This document shows positions 26,480 through 39,398 of a stretch of 64,000 nucleotides of DNA, piece after piece (within the stretch, counting starts at the first letter, position 1; every line of letters starts with the position of its first letter). A program made the translations under genes and the position numbers. This DNA comes from Camelus ferus (lineage: Eukaryota), in NCBI RefSeq assembly GCF_009834535.1, contig NC_045697.1:101496001-101560000 (forward strand), read 5' to 3'. The notes under the pieces are model-generated. The model had not been told where the DNA came from. It saw only the letters and a program-made list of their open reading frames with translations, and made no database searches.

Positions 26480-27748
26480 TATCTCTTGTATCTGAGAAGG
26501 CCTAAAATAAATCACACACAGTAGCAATGAGCAGTCTTGAGCCAAGTTCTTGCTTGCTAAATGCCATTCTTTACTCCAATGAACCAGAAATCCTTCAAAG
26601 CAATGCCTGGTTTCAGGGATGCTTCAGGAAAAAGTACAGGATGACCCTGGAGCAGCTTGTTGTGCCAAAAAGGAAGTGTCAAAATAACCATGAGAATTTG
26701 ACAAAGGTCACAGGAAGCAGCTTGAAGGAACCCCACTGGCCAAATCTGGGACAAATTAAGCAACAAACTACTGATAATAACGGACTATAACCCAGTGAAT
26801 AAAATAATAATCCATGGGTTCATTCTGATGTAAGTAAATCAATAATTGAACGGGAAAGAGGAAAATCTCTTACGGTATAATGACCACTAACACAGAGAGA
26901 ATGATGGAGTAGAAAAATCATCAGTGGATGCTAAAACTAGGAAGTGGAAGCTTGATGAGGAACATTATTTTTACACAGTTGTGTAGTATCTTCCTATGAA
27001 TTACTTATTACAAAAATAAAAAGTTAGTTTACAGTGCAGAAAGCTAATATCACTAACACTGGAACAAACTGATGTCACGTGCCTCTCAATATCATGGTCT
27101 AAGAACTAAACAGCATTTCTTCCATTGCTTTCTTACCAAAAATACATAGAAACAAAATGAATCTGAAATTAAGAAAAATTAGATAAATTCAAATTAAATG
27201 TCATGCTACAAAATAATTTAGTAACTAGATTAACTGTCATTCTATAATGTACTCTTCAAATTGTCAAAGTCAAAAAAAGCAAAGGCTAAGGAATGGTTCT
27301 AGACAGATTGAAACTGAATCCATTACAAGAACGACCTTGCTCCATCTTAGACCAAGAGGAAAAAAAAAAAAAAAGCTGTAAAGGATATCGGTGGGACAAT
27401 TGATAAAATCTGAATAGGCAGCAGATTAGGTAATGTTATATATCAATATTACATTTCTGGGTTTTGATAATAAAGAAAATGTTCTTTTTCTTAGGAAGTA
27501 CACACTGAATTATTACAGGATAAAGAAGTACAATTCCTCAATGTACTCTCAAACGGTTCAGAAAGAAAAAGTTTACACACACACGCAAAAACTACATATA
27601 GCAAGAGAAAGAGGGAGGGGAGAAAGCATGATAAACATTTGGAGCAAAATGTAAACACTTGGTGATCTGGGTCAAGGGTTAATGGTGTTTCTTGTACAGT
27701 TCCTGAAACTCTTCTGAATGTTTGAAATGATCTAAAATGTAAAATCAT
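26480..27748 (+). mobile_element. L1MC/L1MD-type 3' UTR
   Basis: cagtagcaatgagc...cttgaaggaaccccactggccaaatctgggac...ggtgttcttgtac-like gtgtttcttgtacagttcctgaaactcttctgaatgtttgaaat terminus. Confidence 0.75.
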
Positions 27749-28099
27749 ATTTTCTCTTTTTGACTAATTTGCATTTGACTCTGCAATTCTGAAATATATG
27801 CCTTTAGAGCAATCTCTCTTGGTGCCTGACTACATCTGACCACCATCTTGAGCCTCTCAGCTCAGCAGTTCCCCTCCCCATTCCTCAAAAGCCAACAGGA
27901 AATACATGCAGGTCCAGACCAGGTCAACTTGTCATATTACCTATTACCTTTCCTTCCTTACATGCTTCTATTTTCCTTAAGGCCATCATATTCCATGCAG
28001 TTACTATTCCCAGTGACAAAGGGTGCCCAGCTCTTCCCACCCTGAATGCAGAAGGCTCATTCATTGGCGGGGGGGCAAGGGTGGTCTATACATTACCAC

Positions 28100-29495
28100 T
28101 GGTAAATACAAAGGGGAACTCTGAACATTCCTTGTAGAGTTCAAGGAACTCTCTCTCCTTTAAGAATACTCTGCCCACCCTCCAAGGGAACTAGCTTAAT
28201 CCTTAGTAAGGAGCCTTTCACTGACTAACCAGGAAGAACTGTCCCACAAACTAATGACTGTTCTCAGGATTCACCCCTAATCCCCCTCATTGACTCTGGG
28301 CCCTAACAAGAGTTAAAGCCCTACATAGTCCAGACAGAGTAATACAAGGCCAGCTCTAAAGGAGAGAATCTATACAACAAAAGAGAGACAACATGTGCCA
28401 GTAGGACTGAGGAGCATGTGTGGAAGTGGATTCTGAGAGCATTAGCTCCCTGAGAGCACCTGTCACCAAGGACTCGCAAATAACGTATTAGATCATCAAC
28501 AGTGGTGTTGATGGTTTGCTAAGTTAGCTAACTGAAGCTGGATCCAAAAGTTATCTACATCAGCGGCCAATAAACTATGGCCCATTAGCCAAATCCAGTC
28601 CTCCATCTGTTTATATAAATAAAACTTTATAGGAACACAGCTATACTTATGTATTTCCATATTGCCTGTGGCTGCTTTTGAGCTATCATGGCAAAACTGA
28701 GTAGTTGTGATGGAGACCATATTCTCCTCATAGTCTAAGATATTTACTATTTTCTGTTTACTGAAAAAATTTGCTGACCCCTGATCGACATCACTGAGGT
28801 CAAAATGTGGGAAGGCTCCAGAGTTATAGGAGAGGAAGGAGCCCTAATGGAGAATGGGAGGCTGGACTGAATCCATTATGTGGCAACCTGCTCACCACCT
28901 CAACTGTACCTCCTAGGGATGGCTCACAGAATACTTCCTTTACCAAGGCATTGATGAGAAAGCCACCGAAAGACTGAAAAGCTCTGTGTTGGATGTCCTC
29001 TGAAAGCTGGAGACAACAGTGGAGGATGATGCATTAAAATTTAGCTTCCTGATCTCAATGGAAATAATGCGATCCCAGCAGGGCAGAGACCAGGTGTTAG
29101 CAATTAACCACCAGTGAGAAAGGGCATACCATTAAACAGTAGCCTCCAGCGAAAATTAAGTCAGGCTGTTCTGACCCACAAGGATTCCTGGGGACGGTGA
29201 ATTGTCCATGGAATCAGCAATGAGCCCTAGAAATAAAGCAGATGGATTGCCTATTTAAAGCATTTCTGTACCTAAATTGACAGAGGTGGTCTAGATTTAG
29301 GCATCAGAATCTTAACTCAAATCACCATAGTGGAAATGTATACCTTATCCGTCTAGACTTAAGCCAACTCACAAACCCTGAGTCTCTTGACTAAAGGGGG
29401 AGGCTGGGATCTTTGAAGGACCACACAACACAGCCCGAGGCTGGTATCCTAAATCTATCTCTGGTTCCTTCCCCCAGGAACCCATGGCCATTGTT
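28100..29495 (+). mobile_element. ERVL-MaLR internal (gag-derived) sequence, decayed, interrupted by MER58A
   Basis: gagcatgtgtggaagtggattctgag, ctttaccaaggcattga, ggaaataatgcgatccc...cagagaccaggtgttagcaattaaccaccag, typical of MLT/ERVL internal regions. Confidence 0.65.
28561..28783. mobile_element. MER58A hAT-Charlie MITE
   Basis: cagcggccaataaactatggccc...tttgctgacccctg, with an 8-bp TSD atctacat/atcgacat (7/8). Confidence 0.85.
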
Positions 29496-29966
29496 GTTCT
29501 CTGTTTAATGCTCTGGTCTAAACTGCAACTGAAATCACCCTGGAACAGTTAAGTAAAAATTTTATTAAAGTTGAGGATCACAAAATGGAAATCCACACAG
29601 AAAGTAACATTAAACTAGATATACATGTAATGGCTGTAATATCTTGAAAATAATGTAACCATGTATTTTTAATTCCCTAAGGCTCTCCCAGACATTGAAT
29701 CAAGGGCTTTCATTGCCTTGAGGGAAAAGCCCATATTACCTGGAGGAAAAGAATCGCTCAGATTTCAGTGTTAAATCAGATTTGTAAAGTTTACAGTGAG
29801 AAATACTCCTGAAAGCCTGGTTTCCTTGAGCAAGAGCACCCTCCCCCTCCCACCCCCACACACTCCTTAATTTCCAAAATCTTCTCATCGCAAGTCAGAG
29901 AACGAACTTTGGAAGATTTTCTACATAGCAGATCATCAAGCAGACTAGTCAAGATATGTACTAAAG

Positions 29967-30267
29967 CAGGGTGGGAAATAGCTCATGCTTAGCATGCAGG
30001 AGGTCCTGGGTTCAATCCCCAGTACCTCCACTTAAAAAATAAAATAATTAAATAACAAAGAACTTTCTTTTTAAAAAAAAAAGTAGCACGGGGAACTGTA
30101 TTCAATACCTTGTAATGGCCTATAATGAAAAGAAATATATATATAATATATATTATATATATATGAATCACTATGCGGTACACCAGAAATTAACATGACA
30201 TTGTAAATTGACTATACTTCAATAAAAATAAATGAATTTTTTAAAAGTATGAAGAGAAAAAAAAAAA
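29967..30267 (+). mobile_element. tRNA-derived SINE (Vic-1-like) joined to an L1 3' end
   Basis: SINE head with B-box ggttcaatccc, then L1 3' UTR from ~30084 (tagcacggggaactgtattcaatacc...gactatacttcaataaaa) and polyA. TSD aagatatgYactaaag at 29951-29966 and 30268-30283 (15/16). Confidence 0.85.
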
Positions 30268-31387
30268 AAGATATGCACTAAAGAAAATTCCCACCCAACT
30301 GCTAAGCCTCTCTTTGAGAGAAAGGAAGAGAGAGGAATGCAGAGTAAATAATTCCAGAGGGGCTTCCTGCCCCCTCCCCTACCACTGGGGCCAAACCCAC
30401 CCCTGCGGAAAAAGTCCTCAGGTGAAGGGTGGGTGGCTTAGACACACAAACAAGTTACAGGACCTCTCTGAGCAGGAGGCGTCTTTGCTCCGCCTGCTGG
30501 GCCAGCCTTTCAGAGAAGCCCGTTTCTCTGAAACCACTTGTTTCAGAGAACCACCCAGCTCTCACCCTGACTCCAAAGTCAAAGTGTAGAAATGGCTGAA
30601 GGCAACTGCCTTTACAGCATGCACGTTGGGAGTCTAGAGGATGTGTTTCCCCACCCCTGAGGAAGAAGGAAAGTCATTGGAGGAGGCTGATTGGCACACT
30701 TGCTGCAGGGGGAGTGGGTGGAGGGTGGTCCCTCTTTGAAGAATAATGTAACCTAGAGCAGATGCCCAGGGAAAATGTCTCGGAATTAAACAGCACCCCT
30801 GACCATGCCTCAGAGGGTCGGCCACATCGGGAGGACAAGGTGGGAGGCTCAGGCAGCAAGAGAGGAGTAATGACCTTGACAACGCTAAGAGGAAGACCCA
30901 CTTGGCACCCCACCTGGGGACATTCAGCAGAGGAATCAGTCTGCTGCCTCCCTGCCCTGAGGATACCCAAACTCCGCATCTTGGGAAACAGAAGGAGAAG
31001 AACGTTCGACAGAATGGAAGCAAACATAACAGCAGGTTTGATATTAGCATCGGGTGAACTTTGAATAAAGTGAATATTCACTCCTACAAAACAGAAGATA
31101 TTGGGTGGGCTTTAGATGGCCGATGCAAGCAGTGTGACTCTCCCTCTCATGAGGAGGGAAATGAGGGCCGAGGAGAAGTGGATCTCGGATACAGGAAACA
31201 AAGCTCCATCATTTGGACACCCTTCTTTAGTGTAACTGTCAAATTTCAACCCTGTGACAGAGAACAAAGCTTCATAATTTTCAGCTCACAAACTCCAGAA
31301 AGTGTGACAATTTCCTCAGAGCATTACAGGCTGTGTTCACCACCCTGACCTCCCTTTGACCACCGTGGCCTGCACACCTTCCAGTAC

Positions 31388-31620
31388 CTCAGTTAAGAGC
31401 GTTTGCTTTGGAGTCAGGAAGACATGGGTCCAAACTCTGTCTATACCATTTACCGGATATTGGATCCCAGGTAACTGTAACACACCCAAAACTCAGATCT
31501 TTCATCTTTGAAATGAAGATAATAGTTAGGCTTGCCTCACAGAATTGCTGTGAGAAGTATGTGATATTACACATGTAGAGCGCTTAACAGAATGTGTGCC
31601 ACGTAGTAAGAGATCACTGA
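31388..31620 (+). mobile_element. MIR
   Basis: gttaagagcgtttgctttggagtcaggaagacatgggtccaaactctg...cctcacagaattgctgtgag...gccacgtagtaag. Confidence 0.8.
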
Positions 31621-31914
31621 GTGTGCGTGTGTGTGTGCGTGTTTCCCACAAAAATGCCCTAAAATGTTACCGACCTACGTGGAGTTTATAGAGCCTTGCA
31701 CTAAAGGCTCCAGTTATTTTGCGTTCTCTAGAAAGTGCTCTGCTTTTAGTCTGGCAATTCCTCAAATGCAGAGGCGCACGCAAGGACGGCTATCGGTTCC
31801 CACACTCTGCACCCATGGCTGGTGTGCTGTGTGGCTGCGGGTCCCAGGGGAAGCAGTGATACATATTCAGGCGCTATGTAAGAACATTCATCACAGCGGC
31901 TAATGAAGGCGCAA

Positions 31915-32140
31915 ACTCACTGAGCAATTTTTCTGTGCGTTTCATGCTGCTCTAATTGCCCCACCTCTATTAACTCATATAATCCCACAACAACTCTCCT
32001 ACATAAAGACTGTTATTTTCATCTTTTATGAGGAAATTTAGGCAAAGGGAGGGTAAGGAACTTCCCCATGGTCATGAGAGCTGGAATTTGAAACTGGGGA
32101 GTCTAGCTTAATATACCCAGCTCATAACCACTTCACAACC
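31915..32140 (-). mobile_element. MIR
   Basis: taactcatataatcccacaacaactct...atgaggaaatttaggc...ggaatttgaaactgggg. Confidence 0.75.
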
Positions 32141-32144
32141 GTGC

Positions 32145-32660
32145 TTCGGAAACGCTTCTCCTCTCCGCCCTTGCAGCATCTTAACTCCTGCCTATACAGC
32201 ATCCCTTGCCTTTTCTAGGGTTACTTCTTCCGGCTCTCCGCTTCCTCTACCTTTTCTTCCCCAGCCTTGGCAAACGGCTGCCCTGACAGCCAATGAGGAC
32301 GTCGCTTCCATGAACAAACCAACCAATCAAGTTCCACTTACTTTCATTATCAGGCCCGGGGTCCTAATCAGCAATAAATACACGTGCTCTGAGGCTTCTG
32401 TTCCCGCTGAGTTCACAGCTGCCCAGGCAGCTGAGCCAGCCAAACATCTCAACTCCTCTTCCCATGGGGATGACTCAAAAATGGGTCCAGATGTGCAGAT
32501 AGATACCTCTTGATCCTGAACTACAGGCGCACCGCTAGGCTGTGAACGGGCGGAAGGTTAGGGGAACTCGCTGCGGCTCCTCCCTTCTGTTGGACTCTGT
32601 GCTGGTCTGTGGAGCAGCACAGATGGCTCTGGCCACGTCACAATCTGTTTACAAGGCCAT
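32145..32660. promoter_or_regulatory. Candidate promoter/enhancer (CpG-enriched, motif-dense)
   Basis: GC boxes at 32165-32170 and 32548-32553, ETS CTTCCGG at 32227-32233, CCAAT boxes at 32290 and 32323, GACGTC at 32298, E-box CACGTG at 32381. CpGs are retained relative to the flanks. Confidence 0.5.
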
Positions 32661-33719
32661 CACTGTGCTCAAGTGGACACCTGGAGCTGCAGCAGACTTG
32701 CCTCACCGATTCTGAGGACCCAGAACAGCGCTATTCTGCATATTTGCACTATGCTTAGTGTTTGTCTCATTTATTGTCGTTTATAGAGGCACTATAGATT
32801 GCCACGAGTGTTTCGGTATGTGTTGTTCTCGTTTCGGCAGATGGTGACACCAAGTTAGAATGGTTGTCCTGTGTCCTGGCCCTCGCCCTGAACTTGTTTT
32901 CTATGCCCAGATCATCTGTGGTTAACTAAAAAAGAATTTTAAAAAAAATCATAACCTTTGAGAAAAAGCAAAACCCAAACTTGTATGGTTTAAATGAAGT
33001 ACTCTGTATGAAAATGAAAGATTTTCTTGAATTATCTAAGTAATTCCAGAGTCACTTTGTCTCTGAGATCTAGTTTCAGAGCAGTTAACTATTGACAGAA
33101 AATTCTGAGGGGCATTAACTCATTTTTATGTTAAAGAAAAGAAAAAACTCCCCTGTATGTATCTAGGGACTAAGGAAATTACAGTTCTCCGTTCTCCATT
33201 GGTAACTATACTTATGGCTAGCTACCAAGGAAACATTCCTTTCCCTTATAAGCAACATTTGTGCCCACGTATAAGGCTAAGTTTTTTCTATGTATAAAAG
33301 TGCTTTAAAAACTGAGTATCTATAAATTCATTTTATGCTTTAATTTTTGAGACAAGGTAATTTCAAAGAATAATTCTATTAACTATAAGTACTAAGACAT
33401 TATTACTGTTTCTATATTCCCCTAAGTGGCTTTTAATCCTTACTTCAGTATTATGATTTTTATTACCAATAAAAATTAAATGTACATATTAAGTATCTCA
33501 TATAATTATGATTTAAATAAACTACAAAATTTTTAATATCATATTCTAAATTCAACTAAAAATCAAAGTAGTCTGAATAGTTAAATGCAGACGTAAGGAC
33601 AATACTTGTTTCCTATTAAAAGATGCCATTTATAGCAACTAATTTAAACTATCTGTAAGGAAAAAGATCATATCTCATATATATACATTTTTTAGAAAAC
33701 TCTCAATAGACCCCAGAGC

Positions 33720-33990
33720 AGGAAAAATATTTGGGAAGAGAGAGAAAACTGGCATGGGTGGGCATCCTGGCAGTAGCTGACCAAGATCCCCCAAAGATAG
33801 TTTCGACGGTGACAGCAGAGCTAGGAGGAGGACAGAACCCTGAGACACCAACGTTTGAAAGGGAGGAGGAGGAGGGAGGCAGAGATTCCGAAAAACAGAC
33901 TGATGAAAAGTATTCAGAGCTTTATAGGGAACACCAGGAGAAAATGGTGCCATTAGGGAATGAAAATGGCCAAGGAAACAGGGACAAGGA
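33720..33990 (-). mobile_element. L2 RT-region fragment
   Basis: ggacagaaccctgagacaccaacgttt is an antisense GVPQGSVL-like motif (VSQGSVL in ORF 33675-34208). Confidence 0.6.
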
Positions 33991-35634
33991 CAGAGAGGAG
34001 TGAGAAGAATCTTTAGGTGTTTAAAAGACAAAGAGTGGGCAGGGCGTGTGCCTGCCTGCCAGACATGCATGTGTCTAAAGAGAGAAGCTCTGTTGGCCTG
34101 TGCTGGGCTGAAGGTGGCTGTGCAATTAGCATAGATTAGCATAGTGGGAGGTGCTCGTCTGGGATGGGGCCTCTTCCCTGCACCAGCACAGCTAATAACA
34201 ATAGTCACAATGCACAGGACTTCCAGCCCCTGTTATCTCTCAAGCATTTGTGCCTGCTTAGGACTGGTTTCTGCAGCACCTGTTAAGTGAGCCTCCTCCA
34301 AGGCTACTGTGCTGGGCCCCACAAGCTGCCACTGGGGTCTCTCGCCACAACCATCCTTTTACACTGACTCAGGAGATGAGAACTTCCATCACTTCTCCAC
34401 AGCACCGCTCAATCAAGCTGTAAGCTCTCACAAGGCTTCACAGATCGTGGAGAAGATCAAAAGCCCAATCCAGAGATTAATGTAAAACTTACTTCCTGAT
34501 GTGGCTTCCCCTGGGACCCACAAAGCCATCTTCTTTTTAGACTGTCTGTCAGGATTGCTCACTCTCTCCATGAGGCAGGGGTATCTCATGTGATTAGGCT
34601 CTGGAATCCAGGCCCAGCCTTCACAATCCCAAAATGAGGATGGTCATGCCTGCCCTCTAGGCCGTGGTGCACCTCCCCAGTAAAATCTTGGCAATCCTTT
34701 GCAAAGATGGCTGTCTCTCTCCAGAAATCTTTTCCTAGAATGTAGGAACTTAGTATTTTTTCCAAAGCTCATTTGCACTCAGGGTAGGGCCCCCAAAGAT
34801 GGTATTTCACAGGCAAAGCAGCCCAAAGAGTATATGTGGCATTTCTTCCTGGCACCCTAGTCCAAACGCACATAGATCTGGGTAGGCAGAAGTCTCTCAG
34901 CTTTTGTGTCTCTCTGGGGACACTCTTCACTGACCTTCCTCTGGCCTTGGTTTTGGACCAGGAGGTGGAGAGTGGCATCCTCTGCCAACCTCCATTTAGG
35001 AGGCACGGGTACAGCTAGCCCTTCCCCTTTCCCTTCCTGGAAATCTTCATCCTTTTTCCAGGGACTCATCCACCTCGATCTATTCAAGGGGTCATTGTGA
35101 CTTATCTCAATAGTCCCATGGAGTTTCCCAAACCTTCTGAGGAAATGGCCATTTCTTTACAGCCAAGACCAAATGGGGAGAGTTTTCATTTCATGAGTAG
35201 CTAAGGAGGACCTTAGGGGCTCTTGCCTTTAGGTGTTGCACACTGCCCTTCCTGACTGGGATGAACCTTGAGGGTCCCTGCTGAGCAATACTGAGCTGTA
35301 ATCACTGGCTGAAGTTCTGCCAGGAATCGTATAGACTTTCTCACTCTAGCTCTCAAGTGTGGTCTCCTCCCTTCTCTTTAGCTCCAGGACATCTGAAAGA
35401 TGGCTTTGATGTTCCTGTGGATCAGCCTCTCCTGAATCACCCGAGTGGGTCGCAGGCAAGGACTACTTGGAAATGCTTGAAATAAAGCCTACTTGCAGCA
35501 GACTGAAGCTGCAAGAGTAGAAATCAGAAATTTAAATTAATTTTCCTAAATGTGATACTAGAAGGAAGGAAGGCAATAGATCAACAACTTCATGTATAGA
35601 TTCATTTTAGGATAGAAGATATTTCCATTTCTTT

Positions 35635-35945
35635 AGTCATTCCACAAATGCTCCCTAAGAATGTGTTCCAAGCACTGAGACAGGCCCTGGGGGACAAGCA
35701 TGAGCAACAGCAGGCACCCCGGTCCTCACATGGCTAGAGTCAGTTTAGAGTGGGGAGAGGCAGACATTAACTACATAATCACACAAATATGAAATCACAG
35801 TTGTGAGCAGTGCTGTGGTGGAAGATTAAAAGGGGCTAAGAGACCATATAACAATCATCCCTGACCCAATCTGGGCATTCAGGAAAAGGTTCTCTAAGGA
35901 AGTGATGCTCCAACTGAGATCTAAAGGTTGGGCAGAAGAGGAGGA
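35635..35945 (-). mobile_element. L2 3' region
   Basis: tcattccacaaatgc...tgtgttccaagcactg...caggaaaaggttctctaaggaagtgatgctccaactgagatctaaagg. Confidence 0.75.
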
Positions 35946-37440
35946 AAGAAGAAGAGAGAACACAAAAGCCACACACTGCTTGAAGAAAATCATCTAAGTC
36001 TGTGTCTGGAGAGACATTTTATTACTGTGTGTATATACGTGTTATGATAGATATTAATACCGTGTGTATACATTAAAGTATATTTATTTGCACATAGTAT
36101 ATAAACAGAAATATCTTGTTTTCAAAATCACCCCTATTCATCTTTCGGAATAGCTTGAAAGAATAATTCAGAATCAACAGGTCTCATTAGGATGAGGGCA
36201 CTTGAAGTCAACACATGGGTTGGAAAGAACTCAGAATCTGGCTCCTATATGCCCAGGTGCTAGCATTGACTGGCTTTCCTTGATTTAAATGGCTGTGAGC
36301 AAGTCATTTACTCCTCGAGTCTTATTCCTCACATTTGAAAATTGAGATTGTTATAATAAACTATCTTGAATGTTCCTTCAAATTATAAAATTCCAAATTT
36401 CTGTAATTATTCTCTGCAGTATCTAGAGACCTAAAATTAAGATAAGATAATTATCCAAAGACTTCTGCTATGTGAATAGCTATGTAAGATGGCTAGGGAA
36501 AAAATTAGTTCAATCCTACTTGGGGTTAAGAATAGCTTATACCTTAAATTAGGCACTTTAAAAAAGTAGAATAGGAATGAATTCTTTCACTAAGCTCTTT
36601 GTTAAAAATTATCCACTTTGGGAAAAATAGAATTCATTTTGTAAGTCTGGCATAAATATATGCTGATGGAGTTAAGGATGTAAAGGAACTAGAAACATCT
36701 TGCAGCGTTACAACTCATTAAAGTACTTACTGGACCATAGAGTACAGCATCTGAGAAGCAAATCGGGCTCTGAACATTGTTTTCTTAATTAAAATTCTCT
36801 TATTTAATCCACTTGAAATACATAGGGAAAAAAGAAATAAAGAAAAAGAAAATTCAAAGCAGAACCATCATTGGGAAATATTGCTCTAAGTCCTGACTAT
36901 TTGTTTTTCAACTTGCAGGGGAGTTCAACTTGTATAATCATGATGTAGTTAAAAATAAAATGAGGGATTGGCATTGGGAGTTTTATAGGGTTTGAAGATT
37001 GGTTTTCATGCACCACACTTTTTTGTTATTTAAACTTTGTGACTGTCATCTTTTTTCTAGTTGTTGAGTTTAACCTCTGCACTCCACGGCTGCAGGCCCC
37101 TCAAGCATGCCCACAAACAAATGAAAAATGTGACTGGGTCCAGTGATCCAGAGGGTGTGTCACTCCACAGGGAAGTTTGCATAAAATGAGGACTCTTCAT
37201 TCATTCGTATGTTCTTAAGCCAGGCATATATGGCCCAATTTATAAACCACTGTCTATGATTTTAGTTATATGACTCCTAACCAACACTACTCCCCAAAAT
37301 CATTTAAAGACTGAATCTACACACAGATGAAGTAGAGAATTATTTGAATAAGCACAAAATCTGAGGACTGGACCAGACCTCAACGTCTTCCACATTAATG
37401 GTTTCCAAATGTGCCTGAAAATAAGACTCACCTGGAGCCC

Positions 37441-37874
37441 TTTTTTAACTGAAGTATAGCTGACTTACAATATTATCTTAGTGTCAGGTGTACAACATAG
37501 GGATTTTATATTTTTATAGATTATACTTCATGTAAATAAAATATTGGTTTTATCCCCTGTGCTGTCTATTACATCCTTGTATTATTTTTATTTATTTTAT
37601 ACCTAGGGGCTTATACCTCTAATTCCTTTTGCCTATCTTGCCTCTTTCCCCACTCTTTTCCCTACGGGTAACCACTGGTTTGTTCTCTGTATCTGTGAGT
37701 CTGTTTCTATTTTGTTGTATTTGTTCCTTTGTTTTATTTTTTAGGTTCCACGTAAGTGAAATACTGTATTTGTCTTTCTCTGTCTGACTTCTCTCACTTA
37801 GCATAATACCCTCCAGGTCTATCCATGTTGTTGCAAATGGCAAAATTTCATTTTTTATGGCTGAGTAATATTCC

Positions 37875-37919
<45 letters not shown>

Positions 37920-38345
37920 ATATAAATATACACACCACATCTTCTTTATCCATTCATCTGTTGGTAGACAGGTTGCTTCTGCATCTTGGCTATTGTAAAT
38001 AATGCCACTATAAACATGGGGTGCATATCTTTTCAAATTCATGTTTTCATTTTGTTCAGATATATGCCTGATTATAATATGGGAAGATTCCCTGAACAGA
38101 CATACTGATGGCTAACAGGCATATGAAAAGATGCTGAACATCACTAATGATCAGCAAATCAAAACCATGAAATATTACTTCACATCTGTTAAAATGGTTG
38201 TCATCAAAAAAACACAAATAACAAGTGATGGTGAGGATGTGGTAAAAAGGGAACACTGGGACTGGGAATACAAACTGGTACAGCCACTATGGATAACAGT
38301 ATGGCGGTGCCGCAAAAAATTAAAAATAGAACCACCACATGATCC
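37441..38345 (-). mobile_element. L1 insertion with 5' inversion (twin priming)
   Basis: Antisense L1 3' end from 37441 to ~38072, followed by sense L1 ORF2-end sequence from ~38085 to 38345. TSD aagaMtcacctgga at 37423-37436 and 38346-38359 (13/14). Confidence 0.85.
37877..37918 (+). repeat. (TG)21 microsatellite inside L1
   Basis: Direct reading. Confidence 0.95.
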
Positions 38346-38889
38346 AAGAATCACCTGGAATCTAAGGTTTCTCCTATGTCTGCTTGAACACCTCCAAGCT
38401 AAGAGCCCAAACATTTCCACCTAAAGGAAGTACAAACATTCTCTTCTTTCTACCTAGGAAAACTCGTATCTTCCCACCTCCTTTTACATACAGACACACC
38501 CAATATATGAAAGGAAGTAGCTCATTTGATTCCTGTTATTCAGGTATTGACGGTGAGCTGGAGGTAGTTTGTGTGCGGTGACAGCGTCCTCTCCAGGGCA
38601 GGATGGGAGGGATGGAAAGGGGAGGAGGGAAACTTAGTCAAAACCTGTTGTTCTGCGGCATGAGCACAGAACAATGAGCTTACCAGCTAAATTGTTAATG
38701 CTAACTGGTAAATCCATCAGGAATATGGCCTTATACATTTTGAATACTGTAAAACTCAGCTATTTAGGAATCACTTTGAAGAAAATTACTGTTCACTTAA
38801 TGAGCACATTTTTTACTCTAAATTGATGTTTAAAGCTTCCTTAATATTATGGGAAATCACTAAGAATATGCCAGACTGAATTTTTACAC

Positions 38890-39115
38890 TTTTTCAACAC
38901 GTATATCTGTCAAAGGCTTAGTAATATGCAGGGACTTCTCTTGATGCTGGGCTGCAGCAGGAGGCAAAGCCATTCAAAGACCCTACGCCCCTGTGACTTC
39001 CATTTGGTAGGGACTAGGAAAGAAATGATCTATAAAGAAATAAAAATATAATAAAATATCTGGCAAAGATAAGTCTGTGAAAAAAATAAATCAGGAGAAG
39101 CAGACAGAAAATGAC
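38890..39115 (-). mobile_element. L2 3' fragment
   Basis: ttcaacacgtatatctg...tatgcagggact...gacttccatttggtaggg. Confidence 0.45.
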
Positions 39116-39398
39116 TTTAAGACTTTTATGGAATACAGTGTTGGGCACATCTCCATTAGCTGGCATTCATTAGTATGATTTATGGATGTGCATCATCTTC
39201 CTTCATATATGATTGTAATGATACTGGCAATGTTACTTTCCATATTTATGGATATAGCTTTAAAAAAAAAAAAACCCTGAAAGTTGCTTTAAGCTCTCAG
39301 AGAGCTTAGCTGGTCAAGCCCTGCCTTCTGACTGCAGGCACCAGTGTAGAGGCCGGCACTGTTTGCTGACGTTCCTAGCTTTACAAGCTGCTCAATAC

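Noticed and set aside
30634..31348. Cluster of overlapping 95-138 aa ORFs on both strands
   Set aside because: Locally GC-richer sequence with fewer stops; no recognisable domain or convincing splice boundaries.
33675..34208. Acidic 90-aa plus ORF and 177-aa minus ORF
   Set aside because: They overlap an antisense L2 RT fragment (VSQGSVL); purine-rich composition explains the E/K/G bias.
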